64,000 nucleotides of DNA from an uncultured Actinomycetes bacterium (GTDB lineage: Bacteria > Actinomycetota > Thermoleophilia > Gaiellales > Gaiellaceae). Position numbers and translations under genes: made by a program. Shown piece by piece: positions 40,312-50,430 of the stretch (position 1 is its first letter; each line of letters begins with the position of its first letter). The DNA is taken from positions 44,251 through 108,250 of the forward strand of contig CAVQIS010000005.1 of the NCBI GenBank assembly GCA_963712635.1. Reading direction: 5' to 3'. The notes beneath the pieces were generated by a model that was given only the letters and a program-made list of their open reading frames with translations, made no database searches and was not told the DNA's origin.

Positions 40312-42369
40312 GAGCTTCCACCCGAACGATGCCATCCTCGAGCCGAATTTCCCACTGTTTGCCGAACGCGCGGACACCGCTCAGCTTGAGCGACTCCGCC
40401 CAGGAGGGAAGCTCGAGCGGGAGAACGGAGCGCAGCTGGTGGTTCCTCGCGTCGGGTCGCAGGCCGAGCAGGATCTGGAGCAGGAGCACCGGGGCCGCAG
40501 CCGCCCAGGCCTGAGGACGCGCCGCGGTCGGGTACGCGATCGGAAACGGCGTCTCGGCGCGCGGCAGTCCCGCGAAGACCTCCGGCAGCTGGTAATCGAA
40601 GTGGCCGGCCGCTTTCAGCAGGCTGCGGATGATCCTGTGCGCCTCCGGCCAGCGGGAGTAGCGCGCGAGGCCCCAGGCGATCAGCGAATTGTCGTGGGGC
40701 CAGACCGTCCCGTTGTGGTACGAGAGCGGGTTGAAGCCGCCGTCGGCCGCGGACATCGTCCGCACGCCCCAGCCCGACCAGAGATCCGGGCCCATCAGCC
40801 GGTCGACGACGGCGTCGACCTTGTCCGGTGGGACGATGCCGCTCCAGAGCAGGTGGCCGACGTTCGAGCAGAGCGAGTCGACCTGCTTCTTGTCGCCGTC
40901 GAGAGCGAGGACGTAGAACCCTCCTCGAGCGTCTGTCCAGAACGCTTCGTCGAAGCGCTTGCGGAGCTCCTCGGCTTCCCGGTCGAGCCGCTCGGCCAGC
41001 TCCCGCTCGCGCCAGACTTCGCGCGCCAGCTCGGCCATGCGCTTCTTGGCGTCGTAGACGTAGCCCTGCACCTCGACCGGCGCGATCGGGGTCTTCGCGA
41101 GCGTTCCGTCGGAGAAGCGCTGTGAGTCCCAGGAGTCCTTCCACGACTGGTTCTCGAGGCCGTGGTCGCTGCGCCGCTCGTACTCGACGAAGCCGTCGCC
41201 GTCGCGATCGCCGTATTCGTCGATCCACTGCAGCGCGCGGAGCGCGGGCTCCTTGAAGCGGCGTACGAGCGCAGTCGTCGTCCGTCCAGCGCCAGACCTC
41301 GGAGAGCAGGATCAGGTAGAGCGGCGTCGCGTCGACGGTGCCGTAGTAGCGATCGAACCAGTTCCGCGCCGCCTTGCCGCGTCGCACCTCGTGGACGATC
41401 TTGCCCGGCTCGGAGTCGATCGACGGGTCGTCCTCGGTCGCCTGGAGGTCGGCGAGCACCTCGAGCGCGCTCTCGGCGAGCTCGGGCCCGAAGAGGAGCG
41501 TCTGCAGGCACGTGATGATCGTGTCCCGTCCGAAGACGGTCATGAACCACGGCATGCCTGCGGCCGGCAGGTTGCTCAGCCCGTCCCCGCCGCGGATCCT
41601 GAGCGAGGCGAGGTCGGCGACCGAGCGCGGGTAGGCGTGGTCGAGGTCGTCCCACGAGGCGCGCAGCTTCGGGACGCGCAGGTTCCACGCCGTCAGCGAG
41701 GCCTCGATGCGCTCGCGCTCCTCGCCGAAGCGCAGCTGCGCGACTTGCGGGCCCACCTCCTCGTCGCCGAGAGACGTCACGACGTCGACGTTCAGGTCCC
41801 AGGTCGCCTGCGGCCTCGAGCTCGATCCAGAACCGGACCTTGCCCGGCTCGACGTGCCCGCGCTGCGAGAGGATGATCTGCGTGTGCGCGCCGCCTCCGT
41901 CGTCGTCGAGGACGAACTGGTTCTCTTCCTCCTCGTAGCGCGACTCGGCGAGCGGCGGTAGCGGCGGGGCGTTGAGCGGGTCGCCGAGGGCGAAGTCGTG
42001 GTTCTTGACCGCGAAGATGTCCGCGAAGTCGTTCGCGAACTCGAGCGCCAGCTCGAACGAGACCGGCTCATGGGTCTGGTTCTGGACGCGGAGCCGGTCC
42101 TGCATGCCCTCGCCGACGAACCGGTGGCGGCCGATCGAGACCGCGTCTGCCGGAAGCTCGCCGGCGACCGGGTTCCGCAGGAAGTACGCCGCCGAGTAGT
42201 ACTCCGCCTTTCCGGCCGACAGGAGCAGCGGGCGCTCGCCGTTGATCGTCAGCTCCAGGTGCGACAGGAAGCGCATGTCGTACGCGTACAGCCCGCTCGT
42301 CGTGAACGTGAAGTCGCCGTTCTGGTCGCTGATGCAGAAGTTCGACCCTTCGAGGATCGTGATCGCCAT
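40304..42369 (-). CDS. glycogen debranching enzyme-type amylo-alpha-1,6-glucosidase (GDE_N_bis plus GDE_C); two frame breaks (about 41830, 41285)
   Basis: N-terminus in ORF 40795..42369 (MAITILEGSNFCISDQNGDF...). Middle part in ORF 40308..42071 (MPWFMTVFGRDTIITCLQ...GKIVHEVRRG...YGTVDATPLYLILL). C-terminus in ORF 40304..41071 (QGYVYDA...GFNPLSYHNGTVWPHDNSLIAWGL...AARPQAWAAAAP). Length = 2 mod 3. Confidence 0.75.
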
Positions 42370-42373
42370 ACCC

Positions 42374-43111
42374 CTAGTGCCGGTGGATCCTCGACGCTGT
42401 GGACTGGTCGATGGTCTTGACGACGAGCTCCTCGATGTTGACGCGAGCGGGTCGCGTGACGGCGAAGAGCACGCACTCAGCGATGTCCTCCGGCGTCAGC
42501 GCGTCGACGTCCTCGTAGACCTTGCGCGCGCGGTCCTCGTCGCCCCGGAACCGCACCTTCGAGAAGTTCGTCTCGACGAGGCCGGGGTCGACGGTCGTCA
42601 CGTGGATCGGCCGGCCCAGGAGGTCTTCGCGCAGCGCATGCGTGAAGCCGCGGACGGCGAACTTCGACGCGATGTAGACGGCGCCGTTCTCGTACGGCTG
42701 GCGGCCGGCCGCAGAGCCGAGGTTGACGATGTGGCCGCCGTCGCGGACGTGCGGCAGGCAGAGGCGCGTCATGCGCAGCAGGCCGAGGACGTTCGTCTCG
42801 ATCACGGTCGCCTCGTCCTCGTCGGTCGACTCCCAGAACGGGTCGCGGCCGAGGCCGAGGCCCGCGTTGTTGACCAGGATGTCGATCCCGCCGAGGTCGG
42901 CGACGGCGCGCTCGACGAAGCGCTCGCTGCTCTCACGGTCGGTCACGTCGAGGTCGAAGGCGTAGAACCCCTCGCGATCCGGGAGGCTCTCGACGCGGCG
43001 GGCGCCGACAGCCACCCGCGCGCCGGCCTCCGCGAGGGCATGTGCAGTCGCCGCCCCGATCCCGCTCGAGGCGCCCGTGACGATCGCGGTCTTGCCGTCC
43101 AGCGAGGCCAA
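42374..43111 (-). CDS. short-chain dehydrogenase/reductase (SDR)
   Basis: Intact ORF (245 aa). Motifs: TGASSGIGAATA (cofactor binding), NNAG, YIASKFAV (YxxxK). Confidence 0.85.
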   Translation of the reverse strand: MASLDGKTAIVTGASSGIGAATAHALAEAGARVAVGARRVESLPDREGFYAFDLDVTDRESSERFVERAVADLGGIDILVNNAGLGLGRDPFWESTDEDEATVIETNVLGLLRMTRLCLPHVRDGGHIVNLGSAAGRQPYENGAVYIASKFAVRGFTHALREDLLGRPIHVTTVDPGLVETNFSKVRFRGDEDRARKVYEDVDALTPEDIAECVLFAVTRPARVNIEELVVKTIDQSTASRIHRH

Positions 43112-43135
43112 GACGGCAAACCCTAGTCGAGCGGA

Positions 43136-43759
43136 CTAGTGGAAAAGCCCGAGTCGAAGCGCGGTAGCGACGGCGTGCGTGCGGGTGCGCGCGTTCAGGC
43201 GCTCGCAGGCCTTGCGCACATGCGTCCGCACGGTTTCCGGGCTGATCGAGAGTTGGCGGCCGATCTCGTCGTGCGAGAGGCCGTCGGCCACGTGCGCGAG
43301 CACCTCGGCCTCGCGCGGGGTGAGCGCAGGCTTCCTCGCGGTCGCGGTGAGCGCAGCGCTTGCCAGAGCCGGATCGACGTAACGCCGGCCGGAGCAGATC
43401 GCCTCCAGGGCCTGGCCGAGGTCCGTGAGCGGCGCGTCCTTGAGGATCAGCGCGTGCGCTCCGGCCTCGAAGACGACGCCGACGATGCTCTGGTCGGCGT
43501 CCGCCGTGTAGACGGCGATCAGCATCTCCGGGGCGGCCTCCCGCAGCTGCTCGAGGAGACGGGCTCCCTCCAGGCGCGGCATCCGGTAGTCGACGAGCGC
43601 CACGTCGGGGAGCGTCTCGCGGACGCTTGCGACCGCGGTCAGCCCGTCGCGCGCCTTGCCCACGATCTCGTAGCCCTCGTTCGTGAGGAAGGCGGACACG
43701 GCCTCGACGAGCGCGGGGTGATCGTCCGCGACGAGGCAGCGAATCGGCCGTTCAGACAT
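43136..43759 (-). CDS. NarL/FixJ-type response regulator (receiver plus LuxR HTH); no cognate kinase in the window
   Basis: Intact ORF (207 aa). Receiver residues LVADDHP and DVALVDYRMP. HTH: LTPREAEVLAHVADGLSHDEIGRQLSISPETVRTHVRKACERLNA. Confidence 0.85.
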   Translation of the reverse strand: MSERPIRCLVADDHPALVEAVSAFLTNEGYEIVGKARDGLTAVASVRETLPDVALVDYRMPRLEGARLLEQLREAAPEMLIAVYTADADQSIVGVVFEAGAHALILKDAPLTDLGQALEAICSGRRYVDPALASAALTATARKPALTPREAEVLAHVADGLSHDEIGRQLSISPETVRTHVRKACERLNARTRTHAVATALRLGLFH

Positions 43760-43802
43760 CTTGGTAGGTATCGGGCCGAAACGGCCGCGACTGTAATGAC
43801 GG

Positions 43803-44208
43803 CTACGCGGTTTGGAGCTCCTGGGCGATCTCCCAGATGTGGCCGTCGGGATCGGTGAACGTCGCCGTCCGCAAGCCCCACTCCCGGTCGATCGGGCCGT
43901 TGAGGAGCTCCACGCCGCGCGAGCCGAGCTCGGTGACGAGCGCGTCCGTGTCGTCGACCCAGATCGTGAGCTGGAAGCTCGAGCCCGCTCGCGGGCCCTG
44001 CCACGGTCGCGGGCTCGATCAGCCCGTGCGCGGCCGGGCGAGCGAGCAGGTTGACGATCGTGTTCTCGAACTTGAATGCCGCGGCGTTCTCGTCCTCGTA
44101 GACAGGCGAGAGGTCGAACACGTCCTGGTAGAAGCCCTTCGCGCGCGGGACATCGTCCACGAACAGCGTGATCGCGCCGAGGCTCGTCGGCAAGGTGGCC
44201 ACGTCCAT
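43803..44208 (-). CDS. VOC/glyoxalase family protein; one frame break near 44000
   Basis: ORF 43639..44208 N-terminus: LGAITLFVDDVPRAKGFYQDVFDLSPVYEDENAAAFKFENTIVNLL. After the frame change it reads RAGSSFQLTIWVDDTDALVTELGSRGVELLNGPIDREWGLRTATFTDPDGHIWEIAQELQTA, with stop at 43803-43805. Confidence 0.7.
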
Positions 44209-44483
44209 ACCTCCGATCGGTTGACTAGTTGGTAGGACTGACTCGGCGACACGAAATCATCGCCCCAGTTTCGTATCGAGCTCGGGGGAACGTGCTGAGC
44301 ACCATGCCGCTCTTGCTGGTTGATGACCGCCGGCATAGAGCATCCGCGTTCGTGCTGCCTTGGCCAGGCGCGCAGGATCGGCCGACGGGTCTCACTCCGC
44401 ATCCCGGCTACGCCACCGATCCGCTCGCGGGAAACCCGCGGTCGGCTTCTCTATTTCGGCCCAGTGCTCTATCAATTCACCCA

Positions 44484-45276
44484 ATGCGGCTACGCGGCGC
44501 GGTCAGTGTTCCGAAGCTCGCGAATGCCTCGGGTTGGCTGTTCTTCGGGTTCGTCGCCCTCCTCCTCGAGCTTGGCGTCCGGGTGTTCGACCTCCACGAC
44601 AGCGTGGCTGCACCGTCGGAGACGCTGCGCGCGCTGGTGGAGGGCCTGTCGGTCAGGAACGCTTTCCGGCGAGATCGGCGCGACGCTGACGAGCTACGCC
44701 GAGGGGCTCGCGTTGGCGATCGTCGGCGGAGTCGCACTCGGGGTCCTCATAGGCAGCTCACGCACGCTCGATGATGCGTGCTCGGTCGTGATCGAGTTCC
44801 TGCGGCCGATTCCCGCCGTCGTGCTCATCCCGGTTGCGATTCTCTTTCTCGGCCTCGGCACGCCGATGATCCGCTTCGTCATCGCGTACGCCGCGGTCTG
44901 GCCGATCCTCTTCAGCACGGTGTACGGGGTGCGCGGCAGCGATCGCATGCTCGACGACGTCGCGCAGACGTCGGGCGTCGGTCGAACCGGGAGGCTCGTA
45001 CGCGTGACGCTGCCCGCTGCCCTCCCCAGCATCGCCACCGGGATCAGGGTAAGCGCGTCCATCGCCCTCCTCGTGGGTGTCACGGCCGAGTACCTCGACA
45101 GGTACCGACGGAATCGGCGCGTATATGCATAGTCAGCAGGACGGCCTTCCGAGCTTCCCGAGATGTACGCGGCGATCGTCCTGGTCGGCTTCCTCGGCTA
45201 CGCCGTGAACTTGGCGCTCCGCTCAGCGGAGCGGCGAGCCGTTTTCTGGGTCGGCGAGGAGCGCGTCGCAAAGTGA
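44484..45276 (+). CDS. NitT/TauT-family ABC transporter permease 1; several frame breaks
   Basis: ATG 44484 in ORF 44229..44774 (WLFFGFVALLLELGV). The body is in ORF 44320..45132 (ATLTSYAEGLALAIVGGVALGVLIGSSRTLDDACSVVIEFLRPIPAVVLIPVAILFLGLG...VTLPAALPSIATGIRVSASIALLVGVTAEY). The tail is MYAAIVLVGFLGYAVNLAL, with TGA at 45274-45276. Confidence 0.7.
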
Positions 45277-46067
45277 AGGCCGAGCTCCATCGGACGACCG
45301 CTCATCGGCGCTGGTCGTCTTCCTCGTGCGCGCTCGGCTCTGTGGCAGGTGTGGGCGATCAGCGAGGACTCGTACCTGTTCCCACGGGTCGAGCGACGGT
45401 GCTGGGTCGAGCGTGGGAGCATCTGGCCGACGACCGAGTTCCTGGGGGAGGTCGCGGCGAGCCTGAAGCGGCTCGCGGCAGGCTTCGTGATCGGCGCGGC
45501 GAGTCGGCATCGGAGTCGGGCTGCTGATGGGCGCCTCGCGTGCCGCGAGGCGCGACGCTCGAGCCGCTCGACGGAGTTCCTGCGAGCGATCCCCGCGATC
45601 GCGATCGTGCCGGCCGCCGATCGTCGTCCTCGGCCTCGGCGACGCGATGTACGATCGCGCATGATCGCATTCGGCGTGTGCTTTCCGGTCCTCGATCAAC
45701 ACGATCGACGGAGTTCGCGCCGTGCCACCTGAGGCCCGCGACACGGCCTCGATGCTCCACGTCGGCGCGGACGGAACGCGTCTACCGCATCTATCTGCCT
45801 GCCGCGCTGCCCTCGATCGTCGCCGGGTTGCGGATAGCGCTCTCGATCGGGCTCGTCCTGGTGGTCATCTCCGAGTTCGTCGGCGAGGGCGACGGTCTGG
45901 GGCACTACATCTGGGTCCAGCGAGACCGTAGTTCGCCGTCCCGGAAATGTTCGCCGGAATTCTCTTCCTCGGGCCTGCTCGGATACGTGTTGAACCGGCT
46001 CTTCCTCCTCGTCGAACGCCGCGTCCTCGCGTGGCACTACGGAGCAGCCGGTGAGCCTGCCCGCTGA
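45273..46067 (+). CDS. NitT/TauT-family ABC transporter permease 2; many frame breaks
   Basis: GTGA junction at 45273. Fragments: EVAASLKRLAAGFVIGAA and EFLRAIPAIAIVP (ORF 45349), then IYLPAALPSIVAGLRIALSIGLVLVVISEFVGEGDGLGHYIW...LLGYVLNRLFLLVERRVLAWH (ORF 45540..46067). Confidence 0.65.
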
Positions 46068-46885
46068 CGCGATGAACCGGAGGCGCCGCTTAGGCCCGTG
46101 CGGGGCCCGTCCTGCGCGTCTCGGGGCTCGGAAAGCGGTATTCGGATCAGGGCCGGCCGCCCTGGCCGATGTCACTTTCGACGTTGCGGAGGGCGAGCTG
46201 CTCGCAATCGTCGGGCCCTCCGGGTGCGGGAAGACGACGCTGCTTCGCACTGCTCTGCGGCCTGACGCCACCGACGCGAGGGCACCGTGCTCCTCGACGG
46301 CCGGCCGGTCATCGCGTCCCGCCGAGGGAGGTGGCGATCGTCTTCCAGGACTACAGCCGCTCGCTTTTTCCCTGGCTGACAGTCATTCGGAACGTGATGT
46401 TTCCCCTTCGCCGCCCGCGGGCTCTCCGAAAGAGGAGAAGATCGCGCGAGCCGAGGCCGTCCTGCGACGAGATGGGTCTCGACGGGACCGCACAGCAAAT
46501 ATCCGTGGGAGCTTTCCGGCGGCATGCAGCAGCGCGTCGCGATCGCGCGCGCTCTCGTCTCGCGGCCAGAGCTGCTCCTGCTGGACGAGCCGTTCGCGTC
46601 GGTCGACGCCTCGACTCGTGCGGACCTCCAGGACGTCCTGCTGCGCGTCCACGGCGAGCCGAGGGCCGCAGCGTGACGATCGTGCACGTGACGCACGACA
46701 TCGACGAGGCCGTCTACCTCGCCGACCGGGTGCTCGTCCTCAGCCGCGGCGCCCGGACGCGTCGTCGGCTCGATCGATGTCGCTCTCCGCGCCCGCGGGC
46801 GCAAGCCGCGATCCGGAGCTCGGAGCGGTTCCTGGCCGTGCGCGACGAGCTCCATGCCTTGATTTCTCCGCACAAGATGGAGTAG
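46051..46885 (+). CDS. NitT/TauT-family ABC transporter ATP-binding protein; many frame breaks
   Basis: ORF 46051: [26 protein letters not shown] (Walker A). ORF 46169..46885: [26 protein letters not shown] and [37 protein letters not shown] and [13 protein letters not shown] are seen in a third frame. Confidence 0.7.
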
Positions 46886-46917
46886 ATATACGAAAGATTC
46901 AGCACAAACTGCGGCCA

Positions 46918-47920
46918 ATGCAGCTCACGCCTCGACCAACGCGGACTGAAATCCCCGACTCCGTCTGGGCCTGGTCGTCGTGCTTGGCTTGCTCCTCGCG
47001 TGCCGGGATGGCGGTCTCCGCGACTGCGGACAGCGACAGCGCGACCTCGCTCGACGACCGTCAACGTCGCCATCCTGCCCCGTGGAGCCCACTGCGCAGG
47101 TCATGTACGCGAAGGACCGCGGCTTCTTCCGGAAGCAGGGACTCGACGTGAAGATCAAGGTCGCTCACCGATCCGACCCAGACGGCCGCCGCGCTCCTCT
47201 CGGGCAACGCTCAGTTCTCGGCGTCAACGTCGGCGGCCTCGCGAGCATGAAGTCGCACGACGCTCCCGTTCAAGCGTCGTCGCCGGCGGGGCGCTGTACC
47301 GGCCGAGGCGGACGCGAAGACGAGTGCTCTCGTCGCGATGCCCGCGAAGAAGCATCACGCGCGCACGCGACCTCGTCGGCAAGCGCATCGCCATCGACCA
47401 GCGAGAACACGATCGCGCACATCGGCGTGCTCAAGTGGCTCAAGGAGAACGGCGTCGAGCGCGACCAGGTCGAGCTTCACGACCTTGCCGTTCGCGCAGA
47501 TGCTGGGCCCGCTGCTGAAGGGGAACTTCGACGCCGCCCTGCTCCCCGAGCCCTTCCTGACGATCGCAGAGCGGAAAGGCGCACGACGCGTCGCCTATCC
47601 GTTCGACGCCGTCTGCACGCAAGGACTGCCTCTTGACGATGTGGATCGCGCGCAAGGACATGGACAGCGACGTCGCTGCTCGCTACCGCAAGGGCATCGA
47701 GGCCGCAGCCGTCTGGGCGAACGACAGGAGCAACGACGCCGAGAGCGCCAAGATCCTCGCCAAGTACGACACCGGCTCGAGCCGGCGCTGCTCGCCAAGA
47801 TGAAGCGGACCACCTTCGCGACGAAGCTCGACTCCACGCTGGCCCAGCCGTGGATCGACACGTCTCGCCGAGTTCGGTGTGATCCCGGACGCCTTCCCCG
47901 CCGGCGACCTCGTCAAGTAG
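46918..47920 (+). CDS. NMT1/SsuA-like periplasmic substrate-binding lipoprotein of the same ABC system; many frame breaks
   Basis: Fragments: LGLVVVLGLLLAC (lipobox, ORF 46980 frame), PVEPTAQVMYAKDRGFFRKQGLDVKIKV, ENTIAHIGVLKWLKENGVERDQVE, TTLPFAQMLGPLLKGNFDAALLPEPFLTIAERKGARRVAYPFDAVC (ORF 47338). The tail is DAFPAGDLVK, with TAG at 47918-47920. Confidence 0.6.
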
Positions 47921-50430
47921 TTACGGTCCGTCCTCGAGCGCAAGCGCGACCGCATCCTCGAGGGACAGCTCGCGTCCGACCGACCGACCTGCTCGAACTC
48001 GTCGTCGGCGTGGGCCAACATGCGCTCTGGCTCGACGGTGCCGATAGAGCCAGCTGCCCACCCACATGCGCTCGTGCTCGGCTTCGGCCGCTCCCCACAG
48101 GGTGCCCGGCGTTTCGTGAGTTTCCCGTCTGCGCGCTGATCTCCGCGAGGAGGCCGAGCTCGTAGACGAGCGCCCTGCGATCGTTCATCGCAGGTGAGAG
48201 CGACAGCGCGTCGCGCGCGCTTCGCTCGGCGTCGTCGAACGCGGCCCAGCTCGAGAGACACGGCGCCGATCTTGGCGTGCACTCCGGAGAGCCACCAGCG
48301 AAAGCGGGTCTCCTCGGCGATGCGCCTCGCCTCGTGCAACAGCTCGAGCGCGCCGTCGAGATCCCCCTCGGCCTGCGCGATGTCGGCTTGTGTCGTCAGC
48401 ACGTGCGCCTCGCCTTTCCGGAAGCCCGTCCGCCGGTGGCTCGCCAGGCTTTCCTCGGCGAGAGCCCGGCTGCGCGCCAGGTCTCCTCGAAGCTCGATGG
48501 CCGTATTCGCGAGACGGTGAAGAAGGATCGCTGCGCCCAGCTCGTTGCCGAGTCGGCGGTCGATCGCCAGCGCTTGCTCCCAGTGCTGTTCGGCGAGCTC
48601 CGCGCGCCCGAGCAGGGCCTCCTGTCCTCCCTGCACCCTCAGACCGCGCGCGACGAGGTCGTCGGGCACGGCCGGATCTCCGTCGAGCAAGGTCGCCGCC
48701 CAGTCCGCGCCCTCCTGCGGGCCGTTCGTCGCCCAGTAGCCCTCGAGCGCGACTACGAGTTCGAGCCCGAGCTCGCGCTCACCCGGACTCGAGCGCCCAG
48801 GTGAGCGCGTCCCGCAGGTTGTCGCGCTCCGGGATGACGAGCTCGTGGCGCTGCTGGCCCTCGGTCCTCCACGAGCGAGGTTCGCCGATCGGGCGAGGGC
48901 GAGGTAGTACTCGGCATGACGCCGCCGAGCGGACGTCCTTCTCACCCTCCTCGATCAGCTTCTCGGCAGCGAGCTCGCGGATCGTCTCGAGCATCCAGTA
49001 GCGGGGACGAGGTCCCGTCCAAGCGGCGAAGGAGGCTCTTGTCGAGCAGCGACTGGAGCGTGTCGGGGTCGGTGTCGCAGACGGTCCTCTGCGGCTTCGT
49101 ATTGCAGCCCCCGGCGAAGACAGAGAGCCCGCGGAGGAGTGCCGCTCGTCATCGTCGAGCAGGTCGTACGACCATTCGATGGTCGCGCGAAGCGTCTGCT
49201 GGCGAGGATCGGCGTCCCGGCCGCGCTTTGAGGAGATCGAGCCGCTGCGACAGGCGCTCCAGAAGCTGCTCCGGCGAGAAGACAACCGTGCGGGCAGCCG
49301 CGAGCTCGAGCGCGAGGGGCAGGTTGTCGAGGCGTGAGCAGAGCTCCTCGATCGACCGAGGTGCTACCGCGGTGGAGTCGACGGCTCGTGCGCGGCTCAG
49401 GAAGAGGCCGACTGCCGTCCTCGTCCTGCAGCGTCGGGACCGCGTACACGTGCTCGCCCTGGAGTTGAAGGCGTTCTCGGCTCGTAACCAGGAGCTTCGG
49501 GCCGACGATGTCGCGAAGACGGGCGATCTCCTCTGCGACTGTCCGGAAGCAGATGCTCGACGTTGTCGAGCAGCAGCAGAGCGCGCATGCCGCCGGAGCC
49601 GGGCGGCAAGGCTGTCCGCTAGCTCTCGACCGGGTTGCTCTTCGACCTGCAGGACCTGCGCGAGCGCGGAGGCGAGCAAGCTGCGCGTCGCGGAGCGGCG
49701 CGAGCGACACCCACCAGAGGCCGTCGGGGTACGACTCCGCCTCCTCCGCCGCGGCCTGAAGCGCTAGACGGCGTCTTACCCGTGCCGCCGGGGCCGCGTC
49801 AACGTGAGGAGCCGCGACATCGTCTCGGCGCAGAAGCTCGACGACCTCGGCCAGCTCCTCCTCACGCCCGAGAAACGGCGTCGCCGGCACCGGGAGGTTC
49901 GTCCGGACGAGGCTCCGGAGCGGCGGAAAGACGCCATCGCCGAGCTGGAACACGCGCTCGGGCGCCGCGAGGTCCTTGAAGCGGTGCTCCCCGAGGTCGT
50001 GCAGCGAGGCTCGTCGCCTCGAGCGAGCGCCGTCGTCGCCGCCGAGACGAGAATCTGGCCGCCGTGGCCCGCCGCCGCGATCCGCGCGGCCCGGTGGACG
50101 TCGCCGCCGACGTAGCCCTCTTCCGGTCACGAGTGGCGTCCCGGTGTGGACACCGATCCGCACTCGGATCGGACCGCGTTCGAGTGCGCTCGGCGGCGTC
50201 CCGCGCGGCGGCTAGCGCACCGGGCGCAGTCGGGAACGCGAAGAAAAAGGCGTCGCCCTGGGTGTCGACCTCGACGCCTCCGTGTGCGGGCGCACGCATC
50301 GCGGACGGCACTGCGATGGTCCGCGAGGGCGGCTGCATAGTCGCTCCGCGCCTAGCTCGTGGAGCAGTCGCGTCGAGCCTTCGACGTCGGTGAAGAAGAA
50401 CGTGACGGTGCCGGTCGGAAGATCAGGCAT
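47921..50430 (-). CDS. class III adenylate/guanylate cyclase domain - P-loop STAND-like NTPase - TPR protein, paralogue A; many frame breaks
   Basis: ATG 50430: MPDLPTGTVTFFFTDVEGSTRLLHELGAE (ORF 50212..50832), GGVEVDTQGDAFFFAF (ORF 49862), RIGVHTGTP...LGEHRFKDLAAPERVFQL...FLGREEELAEV (ORF 48955), LLLLDNVEHLL (ORF 49397), LLVTSRERLQLQGEHVYAVP, and TPR-like repeats in ORF 47683..48945. The reconstructed tail is LEDAVALALEDGP, with TAA at 47921-47923. Confidence 0.7.

Noticed and set aside
44209-44483. Assignment of the ABC-operon leader to a known riboswitch class. TPP was considered because of the NMT1/THI5-like SBP, and guanidine-I/II because these often control NitT/TauT transporters.
   Set aside because: CUGAGA/ACCUGAU (TPP), GGUCCGAGAG (ykkC) and the ACGR tetraloop hairpins (mini-ykkC) are all absent. 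Only the generic terminator-like hairpin is reported as a finding.
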